This document shows, in pieces, positions 49,521 to 60,495 of a stretch of DNA of 64,000 bases. The DNA is from an uncultured Candidatus Rokubacteria bacterium (GTDB lineage: Bacteria > Methylomirabilota > Methylomirabilia > Rokubacteriales > CSP1-6): assembly GCA_963758635.1 (NCBI GenBank), contig CAVWWD010000005.1, positions 416,001 through 480,000 of the forward strand. The letters are read 5' to 3'. The notes beneath the pieces are model-generated. The model had not been told where the DNA came from. It saw nothing but the letters and a program-made list of their open reading frames with translations, and did not search any database. A program made the translations under genes and the position numbers. How positions within the stretch are numbered: position 1 is the first letter of the stretch; every line of letters starts with the position of its first letter.

Positions 49521-50168
49521 CTACCTGAGCCGAGCCTGGAGGCGCGCGCGCGCCTCCGGCCATTCCGCCTCGGTGATCGAGAACACCGCGGTGTCCCGGA
49601 TGATGCCGTCCGACGCCACGCGCGACACGCGCACCACGCCGTCGAAACGCGCGCCGATTCTCAGGATCGCGTTGCGCGAGCGCTCGTTGCGCGCGTCCGT
49701 CTGCAGGCGCACCCCGTGCACGCGCCACCTCTCGAACGCGTGGGTCAGCATGAGGAGCTTGGCCTCGGTGTTCACGGCGGTGCGCTGGGCGTCGGCGGCG
49801 AGCCACGTCCAGCCGATCTCCACCACGTCGGGACGGTCGGCGCCGCGCTGGAGCGGGTTGCCGGCCGGCCACGGCCAGAACTCGATGTTCCCGAACCGCG
49901 TGCTGCCGACCACGCGGCCGGTGGCGCGCTGCACGGTGACGAACGGCATGGCGCGGCCGGCGTCGCGATCGGCGAAGGCCGTCTTCGCCCACGCCGACAT
50001 CTCCTCCGCGGTGCCGGGCACCGTCGTGAAGCCGTAGGTGTCGCGCGGGCCCGAGGCGGCGGCGAGGAGCGGGCCCAGGTGCTCGTGGACCAGGGGCTCC
50101 AGCCGGACGACGCGGCCCTCGAGCGTCACCGGCGCCAGGCGAGGGGCGGCGGTCTCAAGCAAGGGCAT
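49521..50168 (-). CDS. GNAT N-acetyltransferase (RimJ/RimL-like)
   Basis: [29 protein letters not shown]. Confidence 0.88.
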   Translation of the reverse strand: MPLLETAAPRLAPVTLEGRVVRLEPLVHEHLGPLLAAASGPRDTYGFTTVPGTAEEMSAWAKTAFADRDAGRAMPFVTVQRATGRVVGSTRFGNIEFWPWPAGNPLQRGADRPDVVEIGWTWLAADAQRTAVNTEAKLLMLTHAFERWRVHGVRLQTDARNERSRNAILRIGARFDGVVRVSRVASDGIIRDTAVFSITEAEWPEARARLQARLR

Positions 50169-51357
50169 GGTCGAGGTCTCCCATCAGGTCGCCGGCGTCC
50201 TCCAGGCCCACCGACACGCGCACGAGGCCGGGGCCGATGCCCAGGGCCGCCTTGTCCTCGTCGGGCACGCGCCGGTGCGAGGTGCGCGCGGGATAGGTCC
50301 ACGTGGTGGCGACGTTGCCGAAGCTCGGCGCGAACTCCATGAGCCGCGTGCGCGCCATGAAGCGCTCCACGGCGAGCGCGCCGCCGGCGAGGTCGAACGA
50401 GAGCATCGCGCCCATCGGCCCCGGCATGAGCCGGCGCGCGAGCGCGTGCTGCGGGTGCGAGGCGAGGCCCGGGTAGTACACGCGCGCCACCGCCCGGTGC
50501 CCTTCCAGGCGCCGCGCCAGGGCGAGCGCGGTCTCGGACTGCCGCGCCAGGCGCACGCCGAGCGTGCGTGCCCCGCGCACGGTGAGCCACGCGTCGAACG
50601 GGCCCAGGTTCGTGCCCGCGCGGATCATCGCCTCGCGCACGCGGTCCATCGGCTCGCGCCGGCCGACCACGATGCCACCGGTCACGTCGCCGTGGCCCGA
50701 GATGAACTTGGTCAGGCTGTGCATGACGACGGTGGCCCCGTGCTCGATGGGCCGCAGCACGGCGGGCGAGGCCATCGACGCGTCCACGATCAGCTCCACG
50801 CCGCGCCGCGCCAGCTCGGGGGCGATGGCGGGCAGGTCGACCAGGCGGAGGAGCGGGTTCGACACGCCTTCCACGAAGACCGCGCGCGTGGTCGGCCGGA
50901 GCGCGTCCAGGATGGCCGCGGGATCGGTGGCGTCGACGAAGGTGGTCTCCACGCCGAGGCGCTTGCCGTCCTTGTCGAGGAACGCGGCCGTCGACCCGTA
51001 GAGGTCCCGGGCAGAGACCAGGTGATCGCCGGACTGGAAGAGGCCCAGGAGCACCGCGGTGGTGGCGCCCATGCCCGAGGCGGCGGCCACGCCGTCCTCC
51101 GCGCCCTCGAGGCCCGCGACCAGCGCCTCGAGCATGGCGTGGTTGCCGGTGCCGTAGCGCCCGTACACGAAGCCCGGCGCCTTTCCCTCCCACACCGACT
51201 CGACGGTCTCCATGTCCTCGAACACGTACACGTTGGTCTGGTAGATGGGCGCCACGAGGGGCCGGCTGGCCGAGGCCACGTCGCGGCCGCCGCGCGCCAC
51301 GCGCGTCTCGAACTTCACCGCGGCGCCGTCCCCCGACGTGGGCGTGCGCTCGCTCAT
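50155..51357 (-). CDS. PLP-dependent trans-sulfuration enzyme (cystathionine gamma-synthase/lyase family)
   Basis: PIYQT, YGRYG, ASGMGA, HSLTKFISGHGD, RVSVGLE. Confidence 0.9.
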   Translation of the reverse strand: MSERTPTSGDGAAVKFETRVARGGRDVASASRPLVAPIYQTNVYVFEDMETVESVWEGKAPGFVYGRYGTGNHAMLEALVAGLEGAEDGVAAASGMGATTAVLLGLFQSGDHLVSARDLYGSTAAFLDKDGKRLGVETTFVDATDPAAILDALRPTTRAVFVEGVSNPLLRLVDLPAIAPELARRGVELIVDASMASPAVLRPIEHGATVVMHSLTKFISGHGDVTGGIVVGRREPMDRVREAMIRAGTNLGPFDAWLTVRGARTLGVRLARQSETALALARRLEGHRAVARVYYPGLASHPQHALARRLMPGPMGAMLSFDLAGGALAVERFMARTRLMEFAPSFGNVATTWTYPARTSHRRVPDEDKAALGIGPGLVRVSVGLEDAGDLMGDLDHALA

Positions 51358-52889
51358 ACCAGCGGCACCGCCAGCCCGCGTTCGCGCGCCGCCGGGGCCG
51401 ACCGCCGCCGCGCCTCGCGCACCACGTCGGCGAGGCGGCGCACGCCGTCCTCGATCTGGCCGTGGGGCACGGACGAGAAGGACAGCCGGAGCGCGCGCTC
51501 CCCGCCCCCGTCCACGAAGAAGGCCTCGCCAGGCGTGAACGCCACGCCGCGCGCGAGCGCGCGCGGCAGGAGCGCCGCCGCGTCCAGGCCCTCGGGGAGC
51601 GTCACGAGGAGCGAGAAGCCGCCCTGCGGCTCGGTCCACGTCACGCCCGACGGCATGTGCGCGCGGAGCGCGGCCACCAGCGCGTTCCGCCGCCGCGCGT
51701 ACTCCTTCAGCATCCGCGCCTGATGACGCTCCAGGAGGCGCCGCTGACAGAAGTGGTACACGGCGGCCTGGATGAGCGGGCTCGTGTGGATGTCGGCGAG
51801 CTGCTTGGCCAGCTCGAGCCGCTCGATCAGCTCCTGGGCGGCCACGATCCAGCCCAACCGGAGCCCCGGGAAGAGGATCTTCGAGAACGTGCCGATGTAG
51901 ACGACCTGCCCCGCGGCATCCGATGCCTTCAGCGGGCTCGGCGGCCGCTCGCCGTAGTAGAGCGCGCCGTCGAAGCCGTCCTCCACGATGGGCAGGCGGT
52001 GGCGCACGGCCAGCTCCAGCAGCCGCTGCCGCGCTCCCACGGGCATGGTGAGGCCGGTGGGGTTGTGCGCGCTCGGCTGGCAGTAGAGGAACTTCGGCCC
52101 CTGGCGCTCCAGGAGCCGCTCGAGCTGAGGAAGCGCGAAGCCCGTGTCTGCCAGGGGCACCGGCAGGAGCTCGGCCCCGAACGATCGGAACACCTGGATG
52201 GCGCGCGGGTAGCTCGGCTGCTCGATGGCCACGAAGTCGCCCGGATCGAGGAGCGTGCGCGCGACGAGGTCGAAGCCCTGCTGCGAGCCGTTGACGATCA
52301 GGATCTCCTCCGGCCGCGCCTCCACGCCGAAGCGCAGGAGGTAGCCGGCGAGGAACTGACGCAGCGGCGCGTAGCCGCCGGACGGGTAGTACTGGAGGAG
52401 CTCGCGGCCCTCCGTCCGGATCACTTCGTTCAGGACGCGGCGGAAGCCGTCGGTGGGGAACAGCGCGCTGTCCGGCATGCCGCCCGCGAACGAGATGGTC
52501 CCGGAGGCGGGGCGCACGCTGGGCATCGCGGCCTGACGCCGGCGCGCCTCCGCACCGACGACCTGCGCCTGCTTCGAGAGGAGACCGGCCCAGCCGATCG
52601 GCGGGGCCGGCGCGGCGGGCGTCTCGACGCGTTCGGGGGCGTGGTCGGCCACGAACGTGCCCTGCCCCACGTGGGCCCGGGCCCACCCCGCGGCCACCAG
52701 CTCCTCGTACGCCGTGGCCACCGTGGTGCGGTTGACGCGCAGCTCCTGCGCCAGCTCGCGCGTGGCGGGCAGCTTCACGCCGGGCCGCAGCACGCCCTGG
52801 CCGATCAGCCGCTCCAGGTGGAGCTGGATCTGGCGGGCCAGCGGCATCATCGCGCCGCGGCGAGGACCGCGCTCGAGAGGGATCTTCAT
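51354..52889 (-). CDS. MocR-family (GntR plus aminotransferase domain) regulator
   Basis: KLPATRELA wHTH; HNPTG, GTFSKILFPGLRLGW. Confidence 0.92.
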   Translation of the reverse strand: MKIPLERGPRRGAMMPLARQIQLHLERLIGQGVLRPGVKLPATRELAQELRVNRTTVATAYEELVAAGWARAHVGQGTFVADHAPERVETPAAPAPPIGWAGLLSKQAQVVGAEARRRQAAMPSVRPASGTISFAGGMPDSALFPTDGFRRVLNEVIRTEGRELLQYYPSGGYAPLRQFLAGYLLRFGVEARPEEILIVNGSQQGFDLVARTLLDPGDFVAIEQPSYPRAIQVFRSFGAELLPVPLADTGFALPQLERLLERQGPKFLYCQPSAHNPTGLTMPVGARQRLLELAVRHRLPIVEDGFDGALYYGERPPSPLKASDAAGQVVYIGTFSKILFPGLRLGWIVAAQELIERLELAKQLADIHTSPLIQAAVYHFCQRRLLERHQARMLKEYARRRNALVAALRAHMPSGVTWTEPQGGFSLLVTLPEGLDAAALLPRALARGVAFTPGEAFFVDGGGERALRLSFSSVPHGQIEDGVRRLADVVREARRRSAPAARERGLAVPLV

Positions 52890-52985
52890 GCCGTCACCAT
52901 GCCAGCCATTTTCATCACCGCCAAGGCCTTGTAAAGTGCCAATTGGCTCAGTGATGGATCATCCAATCCCCGGGGGCCCATATCG

Positions 52986-53525
52986 TTGACGAAGCTCCCA
53001 GCTCGGAGCGGCAGGCCAGGACGGGCCGTCGGCGGCGGGATCGCCGCCCTGGTGGCCGTGACGTGGGCGCTGGCATGGACGCTGCCCGGCCCGGCCTCGG
53101 CGGAGCCGGCGGATGGCGAGCTCGTCCGCCTCGCCAGGGTCGCCGGCTGCAGCACCGGACCTCGGGACTACGTGGCCGGGTACTGGGCCGCCGATGATCC
53201 TTCGAGCGGCATCTTCTGGTGCCGGCGTGACGAGCGCCACGTCGCGGAGGGACTCGTCGTCATCGTGGTCGTCGAGCGGAAGAAGCCGCGACGGCTCCGA
53301 TGCCCGGCCAGCGTCGCGTCGATCAACGAGCCCGACGGCCTCCGGATCCTCCGGGACGAGCGGACGCCGCTGTCCTGGTTCGTCGACCGGCATGCCCCGT
53401 GGCGAAAGGGCCCAGCCAACCTCACGACCTCGGGTCCTGTCATCGACGTGGGCGCGGAGGGCTCGGGCTCGGGCGAGCAGTGGGTGTGCCACCGCGGGGT
53501 GTGGCTGGTCCGCGTCTACCACTGA
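52986..53525 (+). CDS. Hypothetical secreted protein
   Basis: Hydrophobic N-terminus ending PASA, four Cys; no recognised family. Confidence 0.5.
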   Translation: MTKLPARSGRPGRAVGGGIAALVAVTWALAWTLPGPASAEPADGELVRLARVAGCSTGPRDYVAGYWAADDPSSGIFWCRRDERHVAEGLVVIVVVERKKPRRLRCPASVASINEPDGLRILRDERTPLSWFVDRHAPWRKGPANLTTSGPVIDVGAEGSGSGEQWVCHRGVWLVRVYH

Positions 53526-53825
53526 GCCGGTCACCAGAATCGGCGCCGGCTTCGGCGGGGTCCCGTCGAGGCCTTCGACGCTCCCCTCATCGGGGCCTCC
53601 GCCCCGTCCGGCGCGTCGTCGGAGTATCAAATAGTGAACTGTAACCATTCGACTATGTGTACTTTCTAACCCGCTTGCCGGCCTCTATCGCCGTGCTACC
53701 ATCTGCCCGTCCTCGAGCACGGTCCAACTCATGACGAACCCCCAGCGCCAGTCCATCAATGCGGCGTCCTCTCGGCTCTGCCCCGCCCTCCCGGGGCCGG
53801 CCGCCGCCACCGCCTGAACCAGCCC

Positions 53826-54558
53826 ATGCCCGGCCTGGTCGCGCTGGAGTCCATGTGGAATCGGAAGGGAAAGCTCCTCGACGAGGAGCCCTCGGTGCTG
53901 CCGTACCTGAAGGCGATCAAGCAGTCCCTGGCCTGGGAGGGCATCCGGGTCAACCTCGTCTACCGGCGCTTCTACTCGAGCTACGACCTGGGGCTCCTGC
54001 TCGACGAGGCGCGTCGGCGCCGGGCCTTCCAGGTCTGCTACATCGCCTCGCACGGGCAGCGCCGCAAGCTGGTCGGCTTCGGCAATCGCGTGATCCACCT
54101 GGACACCCTCGCCGAGCATTGCCGCCCCAGCCCGCAGCTCGGCTACATCTTCGGCGCCTGCGACTTCGTGACGGCCGACACCGCGGAGAACTTCCTCGCC
54201 AAGACCGGCGCGCGGTTCGTGGCCGGCTACCAGAAGGCGATTCCCTGGACCGAGTCGATGCTGGTGGACTGCCTGTTCCTCTCCTACCTCCTCGGCGGCA
54301 CGATGAAGTGGGTCCGCACCAAGCACGGTGAGCGGATCCCGCCGCTCCGCCAGCGACGAGGACTTCGAGATCACACGGTCCGAGAAGCCGCAGACGGTGG
54401 CCGGTCGCCTGTATCGCGACTTCCCGCTGTCGCACGACATCACGTTCTCCTGCTTCACGATGAAGCGCGGTCGCGGCCGGCGGCCGGAGATGGTGAACTC
54501 GTTCGACGCCTATCGTAAGAGCGTCGACCGCGCCCGGCGGCTCGTCCGCGACCTGTAG
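53826..54558 (+). CDS. DUF6642-like protein with caspase/CHAT-type HG...C motif (probable frameshift near 54345)
   Basis: LVALESMW, SVLPYL, CYIASHG, YIFGAC, VAGY...W.ESM. Confidence 0.55.
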
Positions 54559-54561
54559 CGC

Positions 54562-55400
54562 GTGGCGCGCCATCCGCTCCCGGCGCCGCGACCCACCTTC
54601 GAGCCCTTCCCGCGGTCCACCCTGGACCGGTCCATTCCCGCGCGCTTCGAGCAGCAGGTGGACCGCGCGCCGGACCGGCCGGCCGTCACGATCGACGGCG
54701 TGACGTGGAGCTCCGCCACGCTCGACGCCGCCGCCAACCGCGTGGCCCACGCGCTCCTGCGCCGGTCCGCGACGGGCTGCCCCGTGGTGCTGCGGATCGA
54801 GCCGGGCCTCCACCTGGCCGCGGCCATCCTCGGCGCCCTCAAGGCGGGGGCGATCTACGTCCCTCTCGAGGCGTGGCACGAGCCCGCGCACGTGGCGGAG
54901 ATCGTGGCGGAGGCGGGAGCCGAGACCATCCTCGCCGGCGCCGCCGGGACCGCCCGTGCCGCCGCGGCCGCACCGAAGACGACGCGCCTGGCGATCCCCG
55001 AGATCCTCGCCGGCGGAGGCGACGAGACCCGGCCCGGCGTGGCGGTGCCGCCGTCGGCCCACGCGTACGTCTATTACACGTCGGGGACGACGGGCCGGCC
55101 CAAGGGTGTGGCCGACACGCGCGCCAACGTGCTCCACAACGTCATGCGCTACACGAACACGCTCGGCATCGACCGCGTGGGCGTCCACGACCGCTTCCTG
55201 GACCTCGGCGGCGAGTCGCTGGCGCTCGGCCGCGTGCACGCGCGGCTCCAGGCGCGGCTGGGCCGCGAGGTGTCGATCGTGTCGCTGTTCGACCTTGCCA
55301 CCGTGGAGGCCGTGGCCGCTCATCTGGAGCGCGGCGACCGCGCCGGCGCCTCACGCGTGCGCGCCCCCCGACGACGCAAGCCCGGCGCGCGTCGCGCGGG
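54562..55400 (+). pseudogene. NRPS adenylation N-terminal fragment fused to a carrier (PCP) domain
   Basis: LKAGAIYVPL, YYTSGTTGRPKG, then immediately LGIDRVGVHDRFLDLGGESL; 3' limit approximate. Confidence 0.75.
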
Positions 55401-55461
55401 CGGCGCGGTCTATACTGGCGCCGTCGACGGCCCGCCGCGCGCGGTCCGGAAGGAGGACCCC

Positions 55462-55638
55462 ATGGCCGTGGGAGAGGCGCCGATCAAGCAGGCGATCACG
55501 TGGATCGACGAGCAGCTCCAGGCGAACCCGGGAGCGAATCGCGCCAAGCTCGTGGACGAGGCGGGGCGCCGCTTCGACCTCACGCCGCTCGACGCGGACT
55601 TCCTGGCGCGCCACCTGGCCGAGCGCAAGGCTCCGTGA
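55462..55638 (+). CDS. Small 58-aa hypothetical protein
   Basis: AGGAGG RBS, TATACT at 55411, stop overlaps the next GTG; amphipathic helical sequence. Confidence 0.7.
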   Translation: MAVGEAPIKQAITWIDEQLQANPGANRAKLVDEAGRRFDLTPLDADFLARHLAERKAP

Positions 55639-56412
55639 GCGTCGGACAGAAGACGCGCGTCCAGGAGCAGTTCGGGCCGAGCGCCGAGGCCTACGTGCAC
55701 AGCCCCGGCCACGCCGGCGGCCCGGACCTCGACCGCCTGGTCGCGTGGGGCCGCCACCGCGGCGCCGCGCGCGTGCTCGACATCGCCACCGGCGGCGGCC
55801 ACACCGCGCTCGCCTTCGCGGGCTTCACGCCCACCGTCATCGCCACCGACCTGACCGAGGCCATGCTCCGTGCCGCGCGCGGCTTCGCGGCGGGCCGTGG
55901 CATGGCGTCCATCGGCTACCTGGCCGCGGACGTGGAGGAGCTGCCGTTCCGCGACGGGAGCTTCGGCGTGGTCACGTGCCGGCAGGCCGCGCACCACTTC
56001 CCCGCCGTGCCCGTGGCCCTGGGCCAGATCGCGCGCGTGCTCGAGGCGGCCGGGTCGCTCCTCCTGCAGGACATCCTGGGCCACGAGGACGACGAGTGCG
56101 CCGCCTTCATCCTCCAGGTGGAGAAGTTCCGTGACCCCTCGCACGTCCGCTCGGTGCCGCGTCGCGAAGTGGGAGACGCTCCTCCGCGGGGCCGGGCTCA
56201 CCGTGGTGGACGAGGCCGTGGAGACGAAGGTCCGCCCGTGGGAGGAGTGGACGGGCCGCATGCGCATGACGCCGGAGGCGCGGGCCGGCCTCGACCGTTT
56301 CGTGCTGGACGCGCCGGAACGCTGCCGCGACGCCTTTGCCTTCGTGGTGGACGGCGAGCGCATCGAGTCGTTCACGGACCGCGTGCAGCTGATCCGGGCC
56401 GATCGGGCCTGA
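55635..56412 (+). CDS. Class I SAM-dependent methyltransferase (frameshift near 56160)
   Basis: VLDIATGGGH, ADVEELPF, RQAAHHF, RDPSHVR. Confidence 0.85.
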
Positions 56413-56494
56413 CGCGGGCCGATCGGGCCCGGCGCGGCCGCGCCCGGGCCCCCACCCGCCTCCCCGCGGGAGACGGAAGCACAAGGAGCTTCGC

Positions 56495-57394
56495 ATGGAC
56501 GCCAAGCCGTGGCAGTGGCAGGAGGCCCAGTGGCGGGGCATCGTCGGCAAGGTGCGGGCCGGGCGCTCCCTCAAGCCCGCGGCGTGGAAAGACGGCGCGC
56601 GCGTGGCCGTCGCGCTCTCGTTCGACTCCGATCACGAGACGCCCACGCTGCGTGAGGCCGAGACGTTGCCGGGCAAGCTCTCGCAGGGCCAGTACGGCAA
56701 CCGCCAGGGCGTGCCGCGCATCCTGAGCCTCCTCGCCAAGCACGACATCCCCGCCACGTTCTTCGTGCCCGCGGTGTCGGCCCTGCTCTACCCCGACGAG
56801 CAGCGTCGCGTCGCCGGCGCCGGCCACGAGGTGGGCATCCACGGCTGGATCCACGAGCGCAACAGCCTCCTGCCCTCGAGGCCGAGCGCGACCTGCAGCA
56901 CCGCGCCGCCGACACGCTCGAGAAGATCGCGGGCACGCGGCCGGTGGGCATCCGCACGCCGTCGTGGGACTTCAGCCCGCACACGCTGGCGATCTCGCGC
57001 GAGATGGGGCTCCTCTACGACTCCTCGCTGATGGCCGACGACGACCCCTACGAGATCCTCGAGGAGGGCCAGCCGACCGGCATGGTCGAGCTGCCCGTGG
57101 AGTGGATCAAGGACGACGCGATCTACTTCAACATGGACCGCTTCGCGGGGCTCCGGCCCTACACGCCGCCGTCGTCGGTGCTCGAGATCTTCACGCGCGG
57201 AGTTCGACGGCGCCTACGCCGAGCACGGGCTGTTCCTGCTCACCATGCACCCGCACATCATCGGGCACCGCTCGCGCGTGGCGCTGCTGGAGCGGCTCAT
57301 CGAGCACATCCGCGGCCACGCCGGCGTCTGGTTCGCCACGCATGCCGACATCGCGCGCTACGTGAAGGAGGCTTCCCGGCTCTCCACGCCCTGA
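56495..57394 (+). CDS. Polysaccharide deacetylase family protein (PuuE/PgdA-like; two frameshifts)
   Basis: LSFDSD, TFFVP, HEVGIHGWIHE, YDSSLM, LTMHPHIIG. Confidence 0.85.
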
Positions 57395-57420
57395 CGTCCC
57401 CCCGCACAAAGGAGTGAGCG

Positions 57421-58939
57421 ATGGCCAACGACGGTCTCCAGCTGCCTCTGTCCTGTCCGCTCCTGATCAACGGTGAGGAGGGCAAGGCCGGGAGCGGCCG
57501 TAAGTTCTCCCGGGAGAATCCGGCCGACGTCCGCGCAGGTCGCGACCATGGCCGAGGAGGGCACCCAGGCCGACGCCCGGGCCGCGATCGACGCCGCGCG
57601 CGCCGCCTTCGACGGCAACGCCGGCAACTGGATCTACAACTACAAGCTCCGCGAGCAGACCCTCTTCCGCACCGCCCGCCTGATGCGCGACAACGCGGAC
57701 CGGCTGGCCCGTGTGGTGAGCCTCGAGGTCGGCATGCCGATGCGGCAAGCGGCGCCGCACGTCGCCGCGGCCGCCGACATCTTCGAGTTCTACGCCGGGC
57801 TGGCGGGCAAGCTCTACGGCGAGAGCTTCACGCTGCCGACCGGCTCCGTGATCAACCTCGTCAAGGAGCCGGTCGGCGTGGTCGGGATGATCACGCCGTG
57901 GAACTTCCCGCTGACGCAGACGGCGCGGAAGGTCGCGCCCGCCCTGGCCGCGGGGTGCACGGTGGTGATCAAGCCCGCGAGCTACACCCCGGCCGCGACC
58001 TACGAGCTGGTCAAGCTCATCCACGACACGGGCCTGCCGAAGGGCGTGATCAACCTCGTCCCCGGCCCGGGCACCGTCGTCGGCGCCGAGCTGATCGCGA
58101 ACAAGAAGGTCGACAAGATCTCGTTCACCGGCGAGACGGGTACCGGCAAGCGGATCGGCGCCCAGGCCGGCATGGAGGTGAAGCGGGTCAGCCTCGAGCT
58201 GGGCGGCAAGGCCCCGTACGTCGTCTTCGACGACGCCGACGTGGACGCGGCCGCCCGCGCCGCGATCTTCGGCATGTTCAGGAACGCCGGCCAGGCGTGC
58301 GGCGCCACGACCCGGCTCCTCGTGCAGCGCGGCATCCACGACCGCTTCCTCGCCCGGGTCGCCGACCTGACGAAGAAGATCGAGGTGGGCCCGCCGTCCA
58401 GCCCGTCGACCGACATGGGGCCCCTCATCTCGGCGAACCAGGAGAAGGTCGTCCAGGAGTTCATCCAGTACGGGGTGGACCAGGGGTTCCGCCTCGTCAC
58501 CGGCGGCAAGAAGCTCACCGGCGCCCACTACGACCACGGCTACTACATGGAGCCCACCATCTTCGACGCCGTGGACAACGCCTCACGCCTCGGCCAGGAG
58601 GAGATCTTCGGCCCCGTGGTGGCGGTCACCCCCTTCGCCGACGAGGCGGAGGCGGTGGAGCTGGCCAATGCCGTCGACTTCGGCCTGGTCGCCGGCGTGT
58701 GGAGCGCCGACTATCCACGCGCGCTCCGGGTGGCCCGCCGCATCCGCGCCGGCACGGTGTGGATCTGGGACAACTACGCCCAGCCCGTGGAAGGCATCTG
58801 GGGCGGCTACAAGCAGAGCGGCATGGGCCGCGAGCTCGGCTACCACGGCCTCAACGACTTCATCGAGATCAAGCAGATCTTCACCGACGGCACCGGGCTC
58901 GCCGCCAAGCCGCCCTACGCCCAGGTGATGAAGGACTAG
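57421..58939 (+). CDS. Aldehyde dehydrogenase (frameshift near 57535)
   Basis: ITPWNFP, FTGET, LELGGK, NAGQAC, EEIFGPV. Confidence 0.92.
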
Positions 58940-59033
58940 CGGGCCGCGCGCACTCCTCGCGGTCGAGGTCTCTCCGAGGTCTCGCCCGGGCGCGATCGCG
59001 CCATATTTCCATATTCGAGGCATGATGATCCGT

Positions 59034-59261
59034 ATGAAGACGACGCTCAACATCGACGACACGGTCATGGCTCAGCTCAAGCGCGAGGCGGCGCGGCAGG
59101 GGCGCACGATGTCCGATCTCGTGGAGACCGCGCTCCGCCTGCTCTTCCGCTCGCAAGGCGCCCCGGAGGACATTCCTCACCTGCCGACGTTTCACAGTGG
59201 TGGGACGCTGGTGGATGTGGCCGACCGAGACGCACTCTACCAGGCCACGGAAGGGCGATAG
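59034..59261 (+). CDS. Ribbon-helix-helix antitoxin (VapB-like)
   Basis: MKTTLNIDD...LKREAARQGRTMSDLVETALR. Confidence 0.8.
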   Translation: MKTTLNIDDTVMAQLKREAARQGRTMSDLVETALRLLFRSQGAPEDIPHLPTFHSGGTLVDVADRDALYQATEGR

Positions 59262-59337
59262 TGCTCGTCGTCGACATGAACGTTCGTGTACGCGGCCGAC
59301 GCGGACTCTCCCTTCCACCGCGCCTGTCGCGAGTGAC
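59261..59337 (+). pseudogene. Truncated VapC/PIN toxin N-terminus
   Basis: VLVVDMNV/VYAADADSPFHRACRE* resembles the PIN start xxDTNVLVYA. Confidence 0.65.
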
Positions 59338-59446
59338 TCGATCGTCAGCGAGCGAACCGGTCGATCCGATCAGTCAGGACGTTTCGTAGCCGCGCGGCCG
59401 CCGCCGCCGGCGCGCGCATCCGCCGCACGACGCCCCGGTCGTCCGG

Positions 59447-60470
59447 CTACGAGAGCCCGGCGCGCACGAGGCGGGCGCCTTCGCTGAGCGCGCGGAGCTT
59501 GCCGGCCGCCGTCTCCCGTGGCAGGTACTTCATCCCGCAGTCCGGGGCCGGCACCAGGCGTTCCGGCGGCAGGTACGCGAGGCCGGCGCGGATCCGCGCC
59601 GCGACGACGTCCGGCGTCTCGACATTCGCGTCGCTCAGGTCGATGACGCCGAGCATGACCGTCTTGCCCGCGAGGTCGCGCAGCACCCCCAGGTCGAGCT
59701 TCGGCTGCGCCGCCTCGATCGAGATCTGCGCCGCCACCGAGTCGGCGAGCTGCGGCAGGAACGAGTAGCCCGCCGGCTTCTGGCCCCGCACCACCGCCGC
59801 GTAGCCGAAGCAGAGGTGCACCACGGTTGGCACCGTGATGCCGGCCAGGGCCCGGTTGATCGCCGGCACCGCGAAGCGCCGGGCCGCTTCCGGATCGTTC
59901 CGCAGCCACGGCTCGTCGATCTGGATCACGTCGGCGCCCGCGGCTTGGAGGTCGCGCAGCTCCGCGTTCACCGCGTCGGCGAAGTCCATGGCGAGCGCCT
60001 CGACGTCCTTGTAGAACTCGTCCTGCGCCTGCTGGGCCATGGTGAACGGGCCGGGGATCGTGATCTTCGCGGGCCGATCCGTGTGGCGCCGGAGGAACTG
60101 CATGTCCCGTAGCTCCACCGGGCGCGTCCGCCGGATCTTTCCGACCACGCGCGGCACCGGCGTCTCGTTCCCGGAGCGGTCGCGGATGACACCCGGGCTT
60201 CTCTACGTCCACGCCGTCCAGCGCCGTCGCGAACCGGTTCGAGTAGCTCTCGCGCCGGATCTCGCCATCCGTGACCACGTCGATGCCGGCGCGCTCCATC
60301 TCGCGGATGGCCACGATCGTCGCGTCGTCCTGCGCGGCCTCCAGGAACGGCTCGGGAATGCGCCAGATGCCGCGCTCCCGGACGCGGGGCACCCGCTTCG
60401 CGAGCAGGAGCCCGCGGTCCACGAGCCAGTCCGGTTGCGGATAGCTGCCGACCACCGTCGTCGTCAACAT
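59447..60470 (-). CDS. Cobalamin-independent methionine synthase II family protein (frameshift near 60200)
   Basis: TTVVGSYPQP, DGEIRRESY, IQIDEP, HLCFG, APDCG. Confidence 0.88.
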
Positions 60471-60495
60471 CGTCAGGCCTCCGTGTCGCCCGGAG

